Shown piece after piece: positions 1 to 11,810 of a stretch of 64,000 nt of DNA (position 1 is the stretch's first letter; each line of letters starts with the position of its first letter). This DNA is from Cenococcum geophilum (taxonomy: Eukaryota). Position numbers and translations under genes: made by a program. The notes below the pieces were generated by a model. That model was not told where the DNA came from. It saw nothing but the letters and a program-made list of their open reading frames with translations, and did no database searches. The stretch is taken from positions 23,064,001 to 23,128,000 of the forward strand of contig CP158635.1 of the NCBI GenBank assembly GCA_050273025.1, read 5' to 3'.

Positions 1-1
1 G

Positions 2-892
2 CACAACGCTGCCTGCAACGAATCCGCCAACCCCTACCCCGAGACCTGGGACTCCGTCGAAGCGGCGCGCTACGCCTCTGCGACAGGCATCTACATCCCA
101 ATGTCGCACTTCAACATCGAATTCGGGCGCGTAATCGGCGTCGCCCTGAAAGGCTTCTACAAAACGGACGCCCTCGTCCTCTCGAAAATCGAAATCGTGC
201 CCTCCATCCCCGCGGGCTTCACGATCCCCAACAAGCTGCCCTCCGGCCAACTCGTCTTCGCCTGCAAGCGGCCCAACTCCTTCGCCTTCGCCATCGACGA
301 CGGCGACCCGCAGTACGCGCAGCAAGTCCTGCAGATCATCAAGGAAGAGAACATCAAACTGACCTTCTTCACCGTCGGCGCGCCGCTGCTCGACCCGAGC
401 ACCAACCTCAGCAACGTCTACCGCGAGATGCAGGCCGCGGGGCATCAGATCGCGCTGCATAGCTACACGCACCCGAAGATGGAGGGCCTGCCCGACTACG
501 CCAGCATCGACTGGGAGTACGACAACGACATCGCGGCCGTGGCGCAGGAGCTGGGCGGGCTGCACACGCCGTATTTCCGCCCCCCGTTCGGGACCGAGGG
601 CGCGCGCATGCGCCAGCGGCTCGCGCTCGCGACGCAGAACGATAACCCGTATGTGACGATGTGGTCGGTGGATGTGGAGGATTGGCTGTGGGCGCAGACG
701 ACGACGCCGGAGCAGCAGCTGGTCAGTTTCCAGCGCGATGTCAATAAGGGCGGGAATTTGGTTGTTATGCACTATTTGTATCCGAGTACCGTGAGCTACT
801 TGCAGCAGTTTATTCAGATCGCGAAGAAGACGGGGAAGCAGCTTATGCGCGTTGATCAGTGCATGATGGATCCGAATGCGCCGCCTTTGTAG
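2..892 (+). CDS. Polysaccharide deacetylase (CE4 / chitin deacetylase-like), 5'-partial
   Basis: NodB motifs AIDDGD, LTFF, HSYTH, YFRPPFG, DVEDW and VMH. The frame is open from window position 2, so the gene starts upstream. Confidence 0.9.
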   Translation, partial: HNAACNESANPYPETWDSVEAARYASATGIYIPMSHFNIEFGRVIGVALKGFYKTDALVLSKIEIVPSIPAGFTIPNKLPSGQLVFACKRPNSFAFAIDDGDPQYAQQVLQIIKEENIKLTFFTVGAPLLDPSTNLSNVYREMQAAGHQIALHSYTHPKMEGLPDYASIDWEYDNDIAAVAQELGGLHTPYFRPPFGTEGARMRQRLALATQNDNPYVTMWSVDVEDWLWAQTTTPEQQLVSFQRDVNKGGNLVVMHYLYPSTVSYLQQFIQIAKKTGKQLMRVDQCMMDPNAPPL

Positions 893-1166
893 GCGGGTCT
901 GGAGGAAATGAGGGATAATGTGGTGAAGATGATATAGTGAAGATGTAGAGAATATATGGAAAAGTAATGGAATTCTGTCACGGCTTTAGCAAAAAGCATG
1001 AGAAAGGTAATATTGCGAACCCTACTCCAAAGCTATATAGCTATAAAAACATTACTATTCAAGAATGAGTTTGCTAGACTATCTCCACGGTGCGTATCCC
1101 AGAAATCTAATATAGGAACGTAAATCGTTAAACCTCGATATGGTATGCGGGCAAAAATAATTGTCT

Positions 1167-2348
1167 TCACCATTTCCAATCGAAAAGGCCTCCGGATCTA
1201 AACTCTATGCTCCGCAAAAATGCCTTGTTGGAGTTCGGATCCACGAGTTGCTGAGCATCCACTACGTACTTTTGGTCCTGTGGACCCGAAGGAGGTGTGA
1301 TTTGAGCCAGCCAAGATACGTTATTGACATCGCGAGCTTCTTTAAGTGGCCCGAACTTTCGAATAATAGTAAGGACCACGTCGTCTGGCCTTCCTTCCTG
1401 CGTGTGGCGACGACGGAAGAGAGCGTACGAGGTATCACACGCCGGCTCAGGGCAGTGCCTCCAGGATGACCTGCAGCTCCAGCAAGCCCATGGATCGCAG
1501 CGGCGGAAATGCACCCCATTTAGGCCCTCGCATTCGAGGGGACAGAAGGGTTGGTAGGCAGTTGGATCACTCACGTGGAGGTGCGGGCATATTTGCTCAC
1601 TCATTGAAGATATCGCTAGTGTAAGTAGATCCTCTGATACCATTTCTCTCGGTTTGGCTGTAAGTATCAGGATCCTTCTTAATATTTCATGCATTGGGGC
1701 ATGTTGTGGCTTTAGAAACCTTGATTGTAATCGGATTATCGGTCCCGGTATTGCGCTCTCGTCTGGATCTTGTGCGTGGTCCGGACTCGCACAGACGAGG
1801 AAAGGTCTTACCGTAAACGTAGTGTTTTTGCAGCAGGGAGAGTCTAGGTGGAGCTTTCGAAGGTCCTCGAAAGTGAAACTGCAATGAGAGCAGAGTTCTA
1901 CGACGCCTTCCGCACCTATGCAGAGACGCGATTCTGGCGGCTCCAATAACTGTTGTGAGGAGAATTTGGATCTGGGATGAAGCATACGGCAGTTGCTGCA
2001 AAGAGCCAACGATTTATCAGGAAGCTTGCCTCCTCGGTCGAGACGGCAGTTCCTCCTATAGTCATCTCTTCGCAGGATTTCTTTGAACAGCTCTTGTTCG
2101 TCAGAGCTTACAGAATACGGTTGTACGTGAATGCGGTGAAAGTCCCGTGCTGTGGCACGTAGTGCAAGAACTGCATGTTGTGGAAGATATCCACCAATAA
2201 TAAGCTGAAGCTCCTCCGGCAGTTGATGTAGACGGCTATGCTGTAGATTGTAAAGATACTCTTCGGAATGGATATCAGGGAGGCTGAGATAAAGAGTCTT
2301 TCCTGCAAACATTAGCATCCTGAAACCGGACATAGATGTAGTAATCAT
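1167..2348 (-). CDS. F-box domain protein with Cys/His-rich C-terminal region
   Basis: F-box-like LHQLPEELQLIIGGYLPQHAVLALRATAR, followed by CSNCRMLHP, CSHC and ICPH motifs. Single 393-aa ORF. Confidence 0.7.
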   Translation of the reverse strand: MITTSMSGFRMLMFAGKTLYLSLPDIHSEEYLYNLQHSRLHQLPEELQLIIGGYLPQHAVLALRATARDFHRIHVQPYSVSSDEQELFKEILRRDDYRRNCRLDRGGKLPDKSLALCSNCRMLHPRSKFSSQQLLEPPESRLCIGAEGVVELCSHCSFTFEDLRKLHLDSPCCKNTTFTVRPFLVCASPDHAQDPDESAIPGPIIRLQSRFLKPQHAPMHEILRRILILTAKPREMVSEDLLTLAISSMSEQICPHLHVSDPTAYQPFCPLECEGLNGVHFRRCDPWACWSCRSSWRHCPEPACDTSYALFRRRHTQEGRPDDVVLTIIRKFGPLKEARDVNNVSWLAQITPPSGPQDQKYVVDAQQLVDPNSNKAFLRSIEFRSGGLFDWKW

Positions 2349-2542
2349 CTACCCTTTTGGGTGGAGGGGCGATGGATCGCGGAAGGCTGCGGAGGCGATT
2401 TGGAATCTCTCCTACATCGTTTCAGACCCTGTAGCGATTTCATAAGCAACGACGTCATAGTCAACCGCTTGAAGTGAGAAGATTCGGATTCCATTTAATA
2501 ATGCAAAAGTAATTGCAAGTAATTTATACACAATGCAGATAG

Positions 2543-2578
2543 TGCGGGCAATACGGGCAATGCGGGCAATGCGGGCAG
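2543..2578. repeat. 9-bp tandem repeat (TGCGGGCAA)x4
   Basis: tgcgggcaa tacgggcaa tgcgggcaa tgcgggcag, in the divergent intergenic region. Confidence 0.8.
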
Positions 2579-2919
2579 TGTATGTTGAGAAATCCGTGGT
2601 GTTGTGCTTCGACTCGGGGTAGCCTAAAAGGGCAAATGGCAGGGCTGACTCGTAATCCGTCTTCAGAGCTCTGCTACCCCTCATCACTCCCACAACACCT
2701 CAAAGAACATTGTCTGTCGCATTACCAACTTGCAGGCCGTTGCCGCATACCCGCCGGCGCGCTATAAAGGCCGTAATGATGGCGCTCAACATGAGGGCAT
2801 TCAACTCAAAGCTCCCACTATTGTACCACCAACCTTGATTACCAACTCTCAATTATCGGCCTCTACTACGTCAAACATCAAACACCTCGCACATTTCCAA
2901 CCTATACGCCATACACACC

Positions 2920-3844
2920 ATGTCGACCAACAAGCAAGTCACCTCTTATTGAAATCCACATCTTCCCGTTAACTAATAACGCGTAATAGTCTTACCAAAC
3001 TTGCCCAAAAGCTCGTCTCAGAAGGCCCGCACAAATATGAACACACCCCTCGTCGCGTCCGGGGTCTCTTCAATGGCCAGTTCATCTTTGACTCAATCAA
3101 TGCGCACCACGTCTGGGAGCATCCTTACTTTCCGCAGTATGATAATTACCCCGAGGTTTTCTGTAGAATTCATAGAACTTATAATATCCCAGCCTCTACA
3201 TCCCTACAGATGACATCACCGGCGCCGCCAAATTGACAAAGGATTCGGAAGCAATTGAAGGCAACGCTGGTCGCGCATACTTGGCAAAGCTGAGCGTTGG
3301 GGATAAAAGTACGGACAGTGCCGTAGTATTTGAGGAGGGTCCTCTGAAGGGACTGGTGAAGATTGATTTCCCTGCGATCGGTTTGTATCTCCTACTTCCT
3401 ACACTCATGCTCTCAGCTAATGCAGTCGTCTAATCAGATGAATGGTTCGAAGAAGACACTCCTATCTACCAACACCCCAAAGACCCTTACAAGCGCATCG
3501 ATATCCTCTCCTCCCGCCGCGAAGTTCGTGTGGCCCTCGACGGTGTAATCCTCGCACAGACATCTAATGCTCTCTTTCTCTTCGAAACGTCCCTCCGGCC
3601 TCGCTACTATCTCCCACCCACTAGCGTCGACTGGAGCCTGCTAAGTAAGAGTGATTCAGAGACATACTGTCCCTACAAGGGCCGGGCAAACTACTATAAT
3701 GTGACGGTGAATGGGAAGGAGTATAAGGATTTAGTGTGGTGGTACCAGTATCCAACGCCCGAGAGCGCTCCTATTGCGGGAGCCCTGTGTTTTTACAACG
3801 AGAAAGTCGATATCTGGATTGATGGGGTTCAGGAGAAGAGATAG
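2920..3844 (+). CDS. DUF427 domain protein (tandem DUF427), multi-exon
   Basis: Spliced reading MSTNN-LTKLAQKL...PRRVRG...VWEHPYFPQ...HPKDPYKRIDIL...FETSLRPRYYLP...TYCPYKGRANYY...FYNEKVDI. The first intron (2934-2989) is GC-AG. Confidence 0.85.
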
Positions 3845-4225
3845 GGTGGGACTACTGATCGACATTTTATGAATGCTGAACTAGCATGATGATATCTTAA
3901 AAAGTCTTTCTGGTCTTATGGAATTTAATTAGTCCTATTTTCTTCGTTCTTGATCCTGTGCCTCTCATTTAACCTTTTATCATCAGATTATCTTCTGAGC
4001 CGTTCGTTTCAGAACCTACTCGTCAGTCTTAGTGTTGTAGCCAGCCAAATACGTTCCCACCAAGAACGAAATGTTTGGACATGAGCTGAACGAGGAAGAA
4101 TTGCGCTTACAAACACGTTGATAAATACGCAGTGTCTTTTGAGGCTTGACAAGGATTTAAGGGATTGCGTTGAGCCTTACTTTACTGTAGTAACTCTATA
4201 TGTAGGGACAGGGACTAAAACCTAA

Positions 4226-6556
4226 TTACGCCAATATTACCGTTTTCAGTTGCCAGTTGCTCTCGTCCCAGGACTGCTGCAGAACCATGCCATGACCGAA
4301 GCGTTCACATACATTGCCCGTCCAATCGATTGCAAGGACCTTGTAGAATATTTGGTTTGTGAAGCCTTCAATATCTACCGTGTGTGGGTCCGAAGAGATA
4401 ATGACAAATGTGGCCTCCATCTCGTCCACGCCCGCAATGGAGCTAACTGCGTCAAGCACAACAGAGCCAACTACTACCTTAGGACTATTCAGTGCAATAA
4501 TGCAGTAGACCCCTTCCTTTTCTCTCCCAGGTGCCGGTATTGAATCCCAAGCGTAGGGTTGAAGCTCTCTAATCCATTGCGAAGCAGTAGCTGATTTTGA
4601 TATAGAAAATCGACTCACTCTACTGCGGAACTGCAACAGCGGCCAGTCACTAGCGATTGCAAAGTAAAAAGGACTCTGCTCAGTAGAAACCTTCATCCGA
4701 TCATCCTCCGCAGTGCCACGACCGTTACATTCAAAAGGAACTGAAGCTTCCTTGTACGCAGCGAGTCCCATCCAATCTATTTGTTGTTGCGTGGAAGACT
4801 TCACTGGTTGCGATATCTCCTCCAGCCAAGCGACTTCCCCAACCCATCCAGACCACGACCAGCTCGGATTGAAAGGCTGCTTATCCGGACTGAGTCTGCG
4901 GCGAAGAGATCCGGGCTCTATCGGTGACCAGAAGAGGAACTGTTGGATACGGCGCTCGGGAAGTCCGAACACAGATTTGACCTTGAAGAACTTCTCAAGC
5001 AGGTCGAGCATACCCGCAGCCGCAAATAAAACATCGGTCTCGAACGATAAATGCCGCTCAGATAGCTGAGACGCCACTGTGCCCCATAAGTCAGAAAGAA
5101 TATCGGAATCCTCAGCGTTCTCGGCGGATTTTAGTAGAAGCTCTGCTTCGGCCACCCCAGGTCTAAACGTAAAGGCGGCTCCGCTAGCATATTTCCAGGG
5201 TGGGGGTAATTCTTCGCTAATGCTGTTGATATCTTCGGACCAACATGTACTGCAACAAGCAAAGTGGGCCGTACTATCCGTAAAAATTAGCAGCCTCGGA
5301 CTGAGTAGCGCCTCTTGGTATGTCCAGGCTCGAGTTGACCAGGGACACCGGAGCAGAACTTCCCAAAGCGGAGCTTGGGCCAAAAACAAGGAGAGATCGG
5401 GCCAGATAGAGAAGAGTTCAGGAACTGATCTCGAGTTTTGATGTAGTCCCACGAGGCCTGCATTAGCGTCCCTTCCCTCTGCTGCTACTATTGTCAGCTT
5501 GGCTCGTGCATAGACAGTATGCATGTCCCTGATCAAATCACTTTTTTCATCAGCATCATCCTGTACGATGCATATCGAATCTGTCCAGAGGAACCGTTCG
5601 TCCAGCTTCCTGACGACTTGTATCGCATCCTGCACCGTTTTGGACACGCGGTCCCAGAATTTTCGGAGTCCACCTTTTATGTACAGGGCATCCTTAAACC
5701 GTTTCTCGGTCTGAAATACTGGAACAATTCCCCAGACGTAGCTCAGGGCCAAGTAGTGGCTGTTCTCTGATCCGTCTACAAGGCACATATCATGCACATC
5801 GATAAAGCGCAGCCGGGATATTGGCCTCAAAAATCGCTGCACTCTCTCGGTGCCACATCTCTCATGAAATCTTCCGCAAGACCGGAGCCAGCTTTGGACC
5901 ATCCCAAAGTCGATTTGTGGCTGGTATAGACGCCCACCAAACCATTTCAGACTGGAATCAGTGATCAAAGGGTAAATGTACGCCTCGAAATGTTCTCCAA
6001 TTGAGACAGAGCAGTCATACCGACCATAGGCCAAAGATTTGTCCGGTTGCATTAGCTCGGGGATACAATGACCTCCACCTTGCCCATAATACTCGAACTT
6101 GATCTTGCACATATCACTATCCTTGAAAAACTCTTCCCGGAGTGATTGGGAGGGCAGTTTTCGGCGATTATTCTCGTGATCTACGGCCGCCAATATGAGC
6201 CTACATAGAGTACATCTAGAGGCTCGCTTCTCAACATCTGCTAGATAGCCAACAACCTTTCTTTTGGACGGTCGAACATTGACATGAAGGCCAGCGTCAT
6301 CAAACTCATTCACAATTCTTGGCGCTTCGAGCTGTTCTTCTAATTCTTTATCCGAGTAGTTGCAATCCTCATTCAGATGTTCCCCTAGAACATAGTGCCT
6401 CTCCCGATCCTCGGGCTTTCCGCTTAAGACGTCCTCCACCGTCTCGTACTCTAACGACGTTGGGTGTCGCCACCCTGTGTCGATAAATGTGCTCAGTCTT
6501 AAGTTAAGGTTTCTGCAAATCTGGCACAAAGTATTCGTGGGGGACGCCGCCATCAA
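4226..6556 (-). CDS. HET-domain (heterokaryon incompatibility-type) protein
   Basis: HET motifs RLRFIDV, YLALSYVWG, FLWTDSICIVQDD, MHTVYARA and WSTRAWTYQE; N-terminal CxxC; C-terminal PSWSWSGW. Intronless, 776 aa. Confidence 0.92.
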   Translation of the reverse strand: MMAASPTNTLCQICRNLNLRLSTFIDTGWRHPTSLEYETVEDVLSGKPEDRERHYVLGEHLNEDCNYSDKELEEQLEAPRIVNEFDDAGLHVNVRPSKRKVVGYLADVEKRASRCTLCRLILAAVDHENNRRKLPSQSLREEFFKDSDMCKIKFEYYGQGGGHCIPELMQPDKSLAYGRYDCSVSIGEHFEAYIYPLITDSSLKWFGGRLYQPQIDFGMVQSWLRSCGRFHERCGTERVQRFLRPISRLRFIDVHDMCLVDGSENSHYLALSYVWGIVPVFQTEKRFKDALYIKGGLRKFWDRVSKTVQDAIQVVRKLDERFLWTDSICIVQDDADEKSDLIRDMHTVYARAKLTIVAAEGRDANAGLVGLHQNSRSVPELFSIWPDLSLFLAQAPLWEVLLRCPWSTRAWTYQEALLSPRLLIFTDSTAHFACCSTCWSEDINSISEELPPPWKYASGAAFTFRPGVAEAELLLKSAENAEDSDILSDLWGTVASQLSERHLSFETDVLFAAAGMLDLLEKFFKVKSVFGLPERRIQQFLFWSPIEPGSLRRRLSPDKQPFNPSWSWSGWVGEVAWLEEISQPVKSSTQQQIDWMGLAAYKEASVPFECNGRGTAEDDRMKVSTEQSPFYFAIASDWPLLQFRSRVSRFSISKSATASQWIRELQPYAWDSIPAPGREKEGVYCIIALNSPKVVVGSVVLDAVSSIAGVDEMEATFVIISSDPHTVDIEGFTNQIFYKVLAIDWTGNVCERFGHGMVLQQSWDESNWQLKTVILA

Positions 6557-7098
6557 AGATTTACGTATACGCAGCTCAGCCTTTCGTCTAAGGGGACCCC
6601 GTTACGTGTTTGCGGGACAGTATGGCTTGGTTCGGACTTTTTGACAGAATTGTGCGCCCTTCAATGCATTCCCTCATTGGCAGATGGTGCAAATTCTAAT
6701 AGATGGTATAACTTCGACGTTATCTGATTAAGCGCTGGGAAATATTGTCAAACATGAGGGAGGGGACATGTCCGCTAAACCCGAATAGACACTACGTTCT
6801 TTCGGTATTCGACCAATGGGGTCTATCGATTCTAATAGTCTCTAAATTAACGCGGTGAACACGCATGTTCGCAGAACCTCGTAATCTAAGAAAGGGATGT
6901 ATGGTGAGTAATTTGTTAGTTTATTGCTAGGCAACATTGACTACCAACAAGCTTCTGAGAATCCCTAAAGGATGCCTTCTGAATCAGATGCATAACTTGA
7001 AACGACGACATTTTATATCACACTATGGGTCCCTACAAAACTTGTAACAGCCGGTTGCTATCCGACGCATACCCTAACCGTAAACATGAGTATATTCG

Positions 7099-7900
7099 TT
7101 AACCAAGCATCAAAGTTACGATTTCTTCCCTACTCGTCATGCGCATGGCCTTCATGGAGATTTCCAAAGTCGAAGACCACCTTGAACCCACAACCCCTGC
7201 AATAACTTGAATCTCACGATTCGCCAATCTGCCGGTCCACGGTATATCAGGGAATAGCTTTACAAAAACCAAGTAATATGCTAGGAGTACAAGAGCTACA
7301 GGACATTTTTGCTTCGCAAGCATCACAGAATCCGCCCGTAATAGGGAAGGCCATGAGAAAACCCTCAGATAATGTCCAGGGCCCATATTCTCTTCCCTAA
7401 GGCTTGAGTAAAGACTCCCAAGACAGTCTAGAACCTCATGATAAAGCTCTAAATTCTGGTAATCTGAATCTTGGAAATCGATGGCACTGAGTAACTCCAA
7501 AAGAGCTGTCGGCAAGGCTGGCGTCTTGTTCAATCCCCCAAGCTCACGTTAGAGGATTGAGAATAGTCTTGTTTCATGAATTCCGTTATTCCGCTTCACT
7601 CTTATCAGGGTGTTCAGGCCCTTATAATATTCTAGCTAGTTGATGACGCAGAGGTCGTCATATTCGGCGGTGCCATAGCCCTTCGAAGTGTGGACCATAA
7701 GTAGTAAACTAGTTACTATGATCGCCTCGTAGTTCGAGGATGTAATTTGAGATAGTGCCTCGCGAAAGCCACTAAGTGCCTAAACGTGATAAAAATCTGT
7801 CTGATAGCGAACTTCTACATCGGGCCGTAGACGCTGTATGTACATCCAGGAGAGCAGTGATCTTTTTGGACTGGTTTGAGAGCTCACGACTTGCATATCC
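7099..7900 (-). pseudogene. Decayed fungal Zn2Cys6-type (Upc2-like) transcription-factor C-terminal region
   Basis: One frame reads ALSGFREALSQITSSNYEAIIVTSLLL...FSWP...PVALVLLAYY...PW, but has in-frame stops at 7780, 7636 and 7549. No Zn-cluster N-terminus is visible. Confidence 0.65.
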
Positions 7901-8346
7901 GTGTCTCCTAATGCTCTCCCAAGGCTTATATAAATCCCATAATCGCATCTACGAAACTCAGGCCCACTAGGTTTCGTGGTTCGTTCGAGATTCATTAGAA
8001 ATTCGACGAAACCCAATTAAGTGCCAATCATTTCCCAAGTCGAAGACCAAATTTAAGTACTGCATCTTATAAGATAATGAAGGGAAGGGAAGTCAAACGC
8101 ACGTAACATTATATGTGATAGAAAGTTGGTGTGCTAATGCTCTCGCATGACCCCTGAATGCTTCCGGAGTTAGCGGAGGTTATGTCAGCGATGCACTGTT
8201 CGCAGCATATCTCGCGAGGAGGCGCGTAACCGTGATTTTTCGTGTTGTGACATCAACGCCCGCACTCCACTAACAAAGAGCACCGCTCCCCTTTTCCCAA
8301 TTGCTTGGGCACAGCTATTCAGTCCCTCTCGCAAAGGTAAATCAAC

Positions 8347-11300
8347 ATGTCTGCTGCCATCCAGAGAACTCCAATGAAGCGTGTTCTCACCGAAGCGACA
8401 AATGCGCGGGGGAACATCTTGGCCTCTCCTCGTTCGGCGAAGAAGCTAAAGCTAGATGGCACCTTTAACAAGAATTTCGGGACTCCGCGTAAGGACGCGA
8501 AAGGAAGCGTTAACTCGAGCCAACCAAAGAGTCAATTTGAGGAAGAGGTGCTTGAGAAATTGACGCAGGACATCCACGGCCTCAAGCAGAACAATTCGGA
8601 ACGCGACCAACAGTGGCAACGGCCCAGCATAGATGACTTCGACGAGACGAAAGACAGTTTGTGCTTCCAGCAGATTGAAGCTGAAGAAGGCGCCCTTCAT
8701 GGTGGCAAGACTACGATCAAGCTATTTGGAGTCACCGAGGTACGCCACTCCATTATAAAAGCTGATCATGGAGCTAATCGCCTGTTGCATTAGGCTGGTC
8801 ACTCTGTTCTCCTCCATGTAACAGACTTTCTCCACTACCTTTATGTCGCCGCTCCAATATCCTTTACGCCTAATGATTGTGAGGGCTTCAAAGCCTTCCT
8901 GGAAACCCATCTTGCTCAGCACCAGCCTGCTATACACTCTGTTCAGATGGTTATGCGAGAGAACCTCTATGGCTTTCAAGGAAACCAAAAGAGTCCATAC
9001 CTCAAGGTGACAGTTACAGATCCGAGATCCATCAATCGAGTGCGCACGGCGATCGAGGAGGGAAATGCAAATTACAAAGGACTTTGGAAGGTAGCGGACG
9101 ATCAAGTATTAACCTTCGACAGCATTCAATATGTGTTACGTTTTATGATCGATTGCAAGGTACGTCCCCTTAAAATGACTCAACTGCACCTGTTCATATT
9201 TGGCAGATTCAAGGCATGTCCTGGGTTGAAGTTCCGCCGTCCAAGTACAAGATGATTCCGCATCGGGACCGTCATTCAAATTGCCAAATCGAGGCGTGGG
9301 TCTCCTATCGCGATCTTATTGCGCACCCCTGTGACGGAGAGTGGGCAAAAATGGCTCCTCTTCGAATCCTCTCCTTCGATATCGAATGCGCTGGTCGCAA
9401 AGGAATCTTCCCAGAAGCCATCCAAGATCCCGTCATTCAAATTGCGAACGTCGTCACTAGATACGGAGAGGATAAACCATTTGTTAGAAATGTGTTTTGT
9501 ATGGATACTTGTAGTCAGATAGTAGCGACACAGATATTCTCATTCGATGTCGAGCAAAAGATGCTCATGAAGTGGAGAGACTTCTTGGAGGAGGTGGATC
9601 CGGACGTCATTATCGGATACAATATTGCCAACTTCGACTTCCCGTATTTGCTCGAGCGTGCGAGGCATCTCAAGGTTGCTCGATTTCCGTACTGGTCACG
9701 TCTCAAGAACGTCCAGTCAGTATCAAAAAAGACAAACTTTTCCAGCAAACAAATGGGAAACCGTGACACCAAGGCCACGAATACGAATGGACGACTTCAG
9801 CTGGACCTTCTGCAACTAGTCCAACGAGATCATCAGCTGCGGAGCTACACATTAAATTCTGTCTGTGCGCATTTTCTGAAAGAGCAGAAGGAAGATGTAC
9901 ATCACACTATGATTACTGAACTCTACAACGGCGACGCCAACTCCAGACGAAGACTGGCTGTGTATTGTCTGAAAGATGCCTATTTACCGCAAAGGTTGCT
10001 AGACAAGCTTATGTGTTTGGTCAATTATACAGAGATGGCCAGAGTCACGGGGGTTCCTTTCAACTACCTTCTTGCCAGGGGCCAACAAGTCAAGTTCATC
10101 AGTCAGCTTTTCCGGAAGGCGTTGGAGCAGAACCTTGTCATCCCTAACCTCTCTAACGAAAGCACAGATGACCAGTACGAAGGAGCGACAGTCATTGAAC
10201 CAACTCGTGGCTACTATGATGTACCAATCGCGACACTGGATTTTGCTTCGCTATATCCTAGTATTATACAGGCACACAATCTCTGCTACACGACATTACT
10301 CAACAAGACTGCGGTTGAGAAGCTAGGGTTGAAGAAAGACGAAGATTATATTGTCACGCCTAATGGAGACATGTTTTGTACCGCCAAGGTTCGCAAAGGT
10401 CTACTATCCCAGATTCTAGAAGAACTCCTCGGTGCTCGTAAAAAGGCCAAGAGGGAACTGGCGGTTGAGACAGACCCTTTCAAAAAAGCTGTCTTGAATG
10501 GTCGTCAGTTGGCTTTGAAGATCAGTGCCAACAGTGTGTACGGTATCACTGGAGCCACGGTCGGAAAGCTACCATGTTTAGCTATTGCTAGTAGTACTAC
10601 TAGCTATGGTCGACAAATGATTGAGAAGACGAAAGAGGAAGTCGAAAAGAAATATACAATCGCCAATGGATATACGCACGATGCACAGGTTATCTACGGT
10701 GACACCGATTCCGTTATGGTAAAATTTGGAACCTCCGAACTGGCTAAGGCCATGGAACTTGGTCAAGAGGCTGCGGATTATGTCTCTGGAAAGTTTATCA
10801 AGCCGATCAAGTTAGAATTCGAGAAAGTTTACTTCCCATATTTGCTTATCAACAAGAAGCGTTATGCTGGTCTGTACTGGACGAATCCGAATAAGTGGGA
10901 CAAGATGGACAGCAAGGGTATCGAAACTGTGCGCCGAGACAACTGTCGACTAGTACAAACTGTCATTGAAACGTCACTACGCATGTTGTTGATTGATCGA
11001 GATGTCAACGGCGCTCAAGAGTCAGTAGCTCCTTTTCCACCTGCCGCTTTCTGAAGCTAACAATTGCCTAGATTCGTTAAAGAAACCATCTCCGACCTCC
11101 TTCAAAATAAGATCGATATGTCCAACCTTGTTATCACCAAGGCTCTCTCCAAAGAAGGCTATGCAGCAAAACAAGCTCACGTAGAGCTTGCAATGCGCAT
11201 GAAGAAACGTGACGCCGGTTCCGCACCCAATCTAGGCGACCGCGTTGCCTACGTCATTGTTAAAGGCGCTGGCGGCTCGAAGAACTACGAAAAATCCGAA

Positions 11301-11810
11301 GACCCACTCTATGTCCTAGAGAACAATATCCCTATCGACACCAAATACTACCTGGACAATCAGCTTGCGAAACCGTTGAGTCGTATCTTCGAGCCTATCC
11401 TCGGCGAGAAAAAAGCTGGACAGTTGCTGACGGGCGAGCACACACGTAGTGTTTCTGTAGCAGCACCAACCATGGGCGGGCTGATGAAATTCACGAAGAA
11501 AACCCAGACATGTATGGGATGCAAGAAGCCTCTTGTAAACGCTGCTGAAAAGGAGGGAGCTGTTTGCGAAAATTGTCGGCCAAGATTCGGCGAGTTGTAT
11601 CAAAAGACATTGTCAAAGGTATCCGAGTTAGAAGTCCGGTTCGCTCGGCTCTGGACTCAGTGTCAAAGGTGCCAGGGAAGTATTCACTGCGAAGTCATCT
11701 GCAGTAGCAAAGATTGTCCAATTTTTTATATGCGCATGAAGGCAAAGAAGGATGTAGAGGATGGGGGTAAAGAACTTGTACGATTCGACAAAGACCTTGC
11801 GGTATGGTAG
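8347..11810 (+). CDS. POL3: DNA polymerase delta catalytic subunit (4 exons)
   Basis: Exonuclease motifs [14 protein letters not shown] and YCLKDA; polymerase motifs [18 protein letters not shown] and YGDTDS; C-terminal CysA/CysB. Introns ~8740-8793, ~9160-9206 and ~11021-11071. Confidence 0.98.

Noticed and set aside
8212..8228. MCB cell-cycle boxes upstream of POL3
   Set aside because: Only CGCG cores (TCGCGA, GCGCGT) with no exact ACGCGT; too weak to call.
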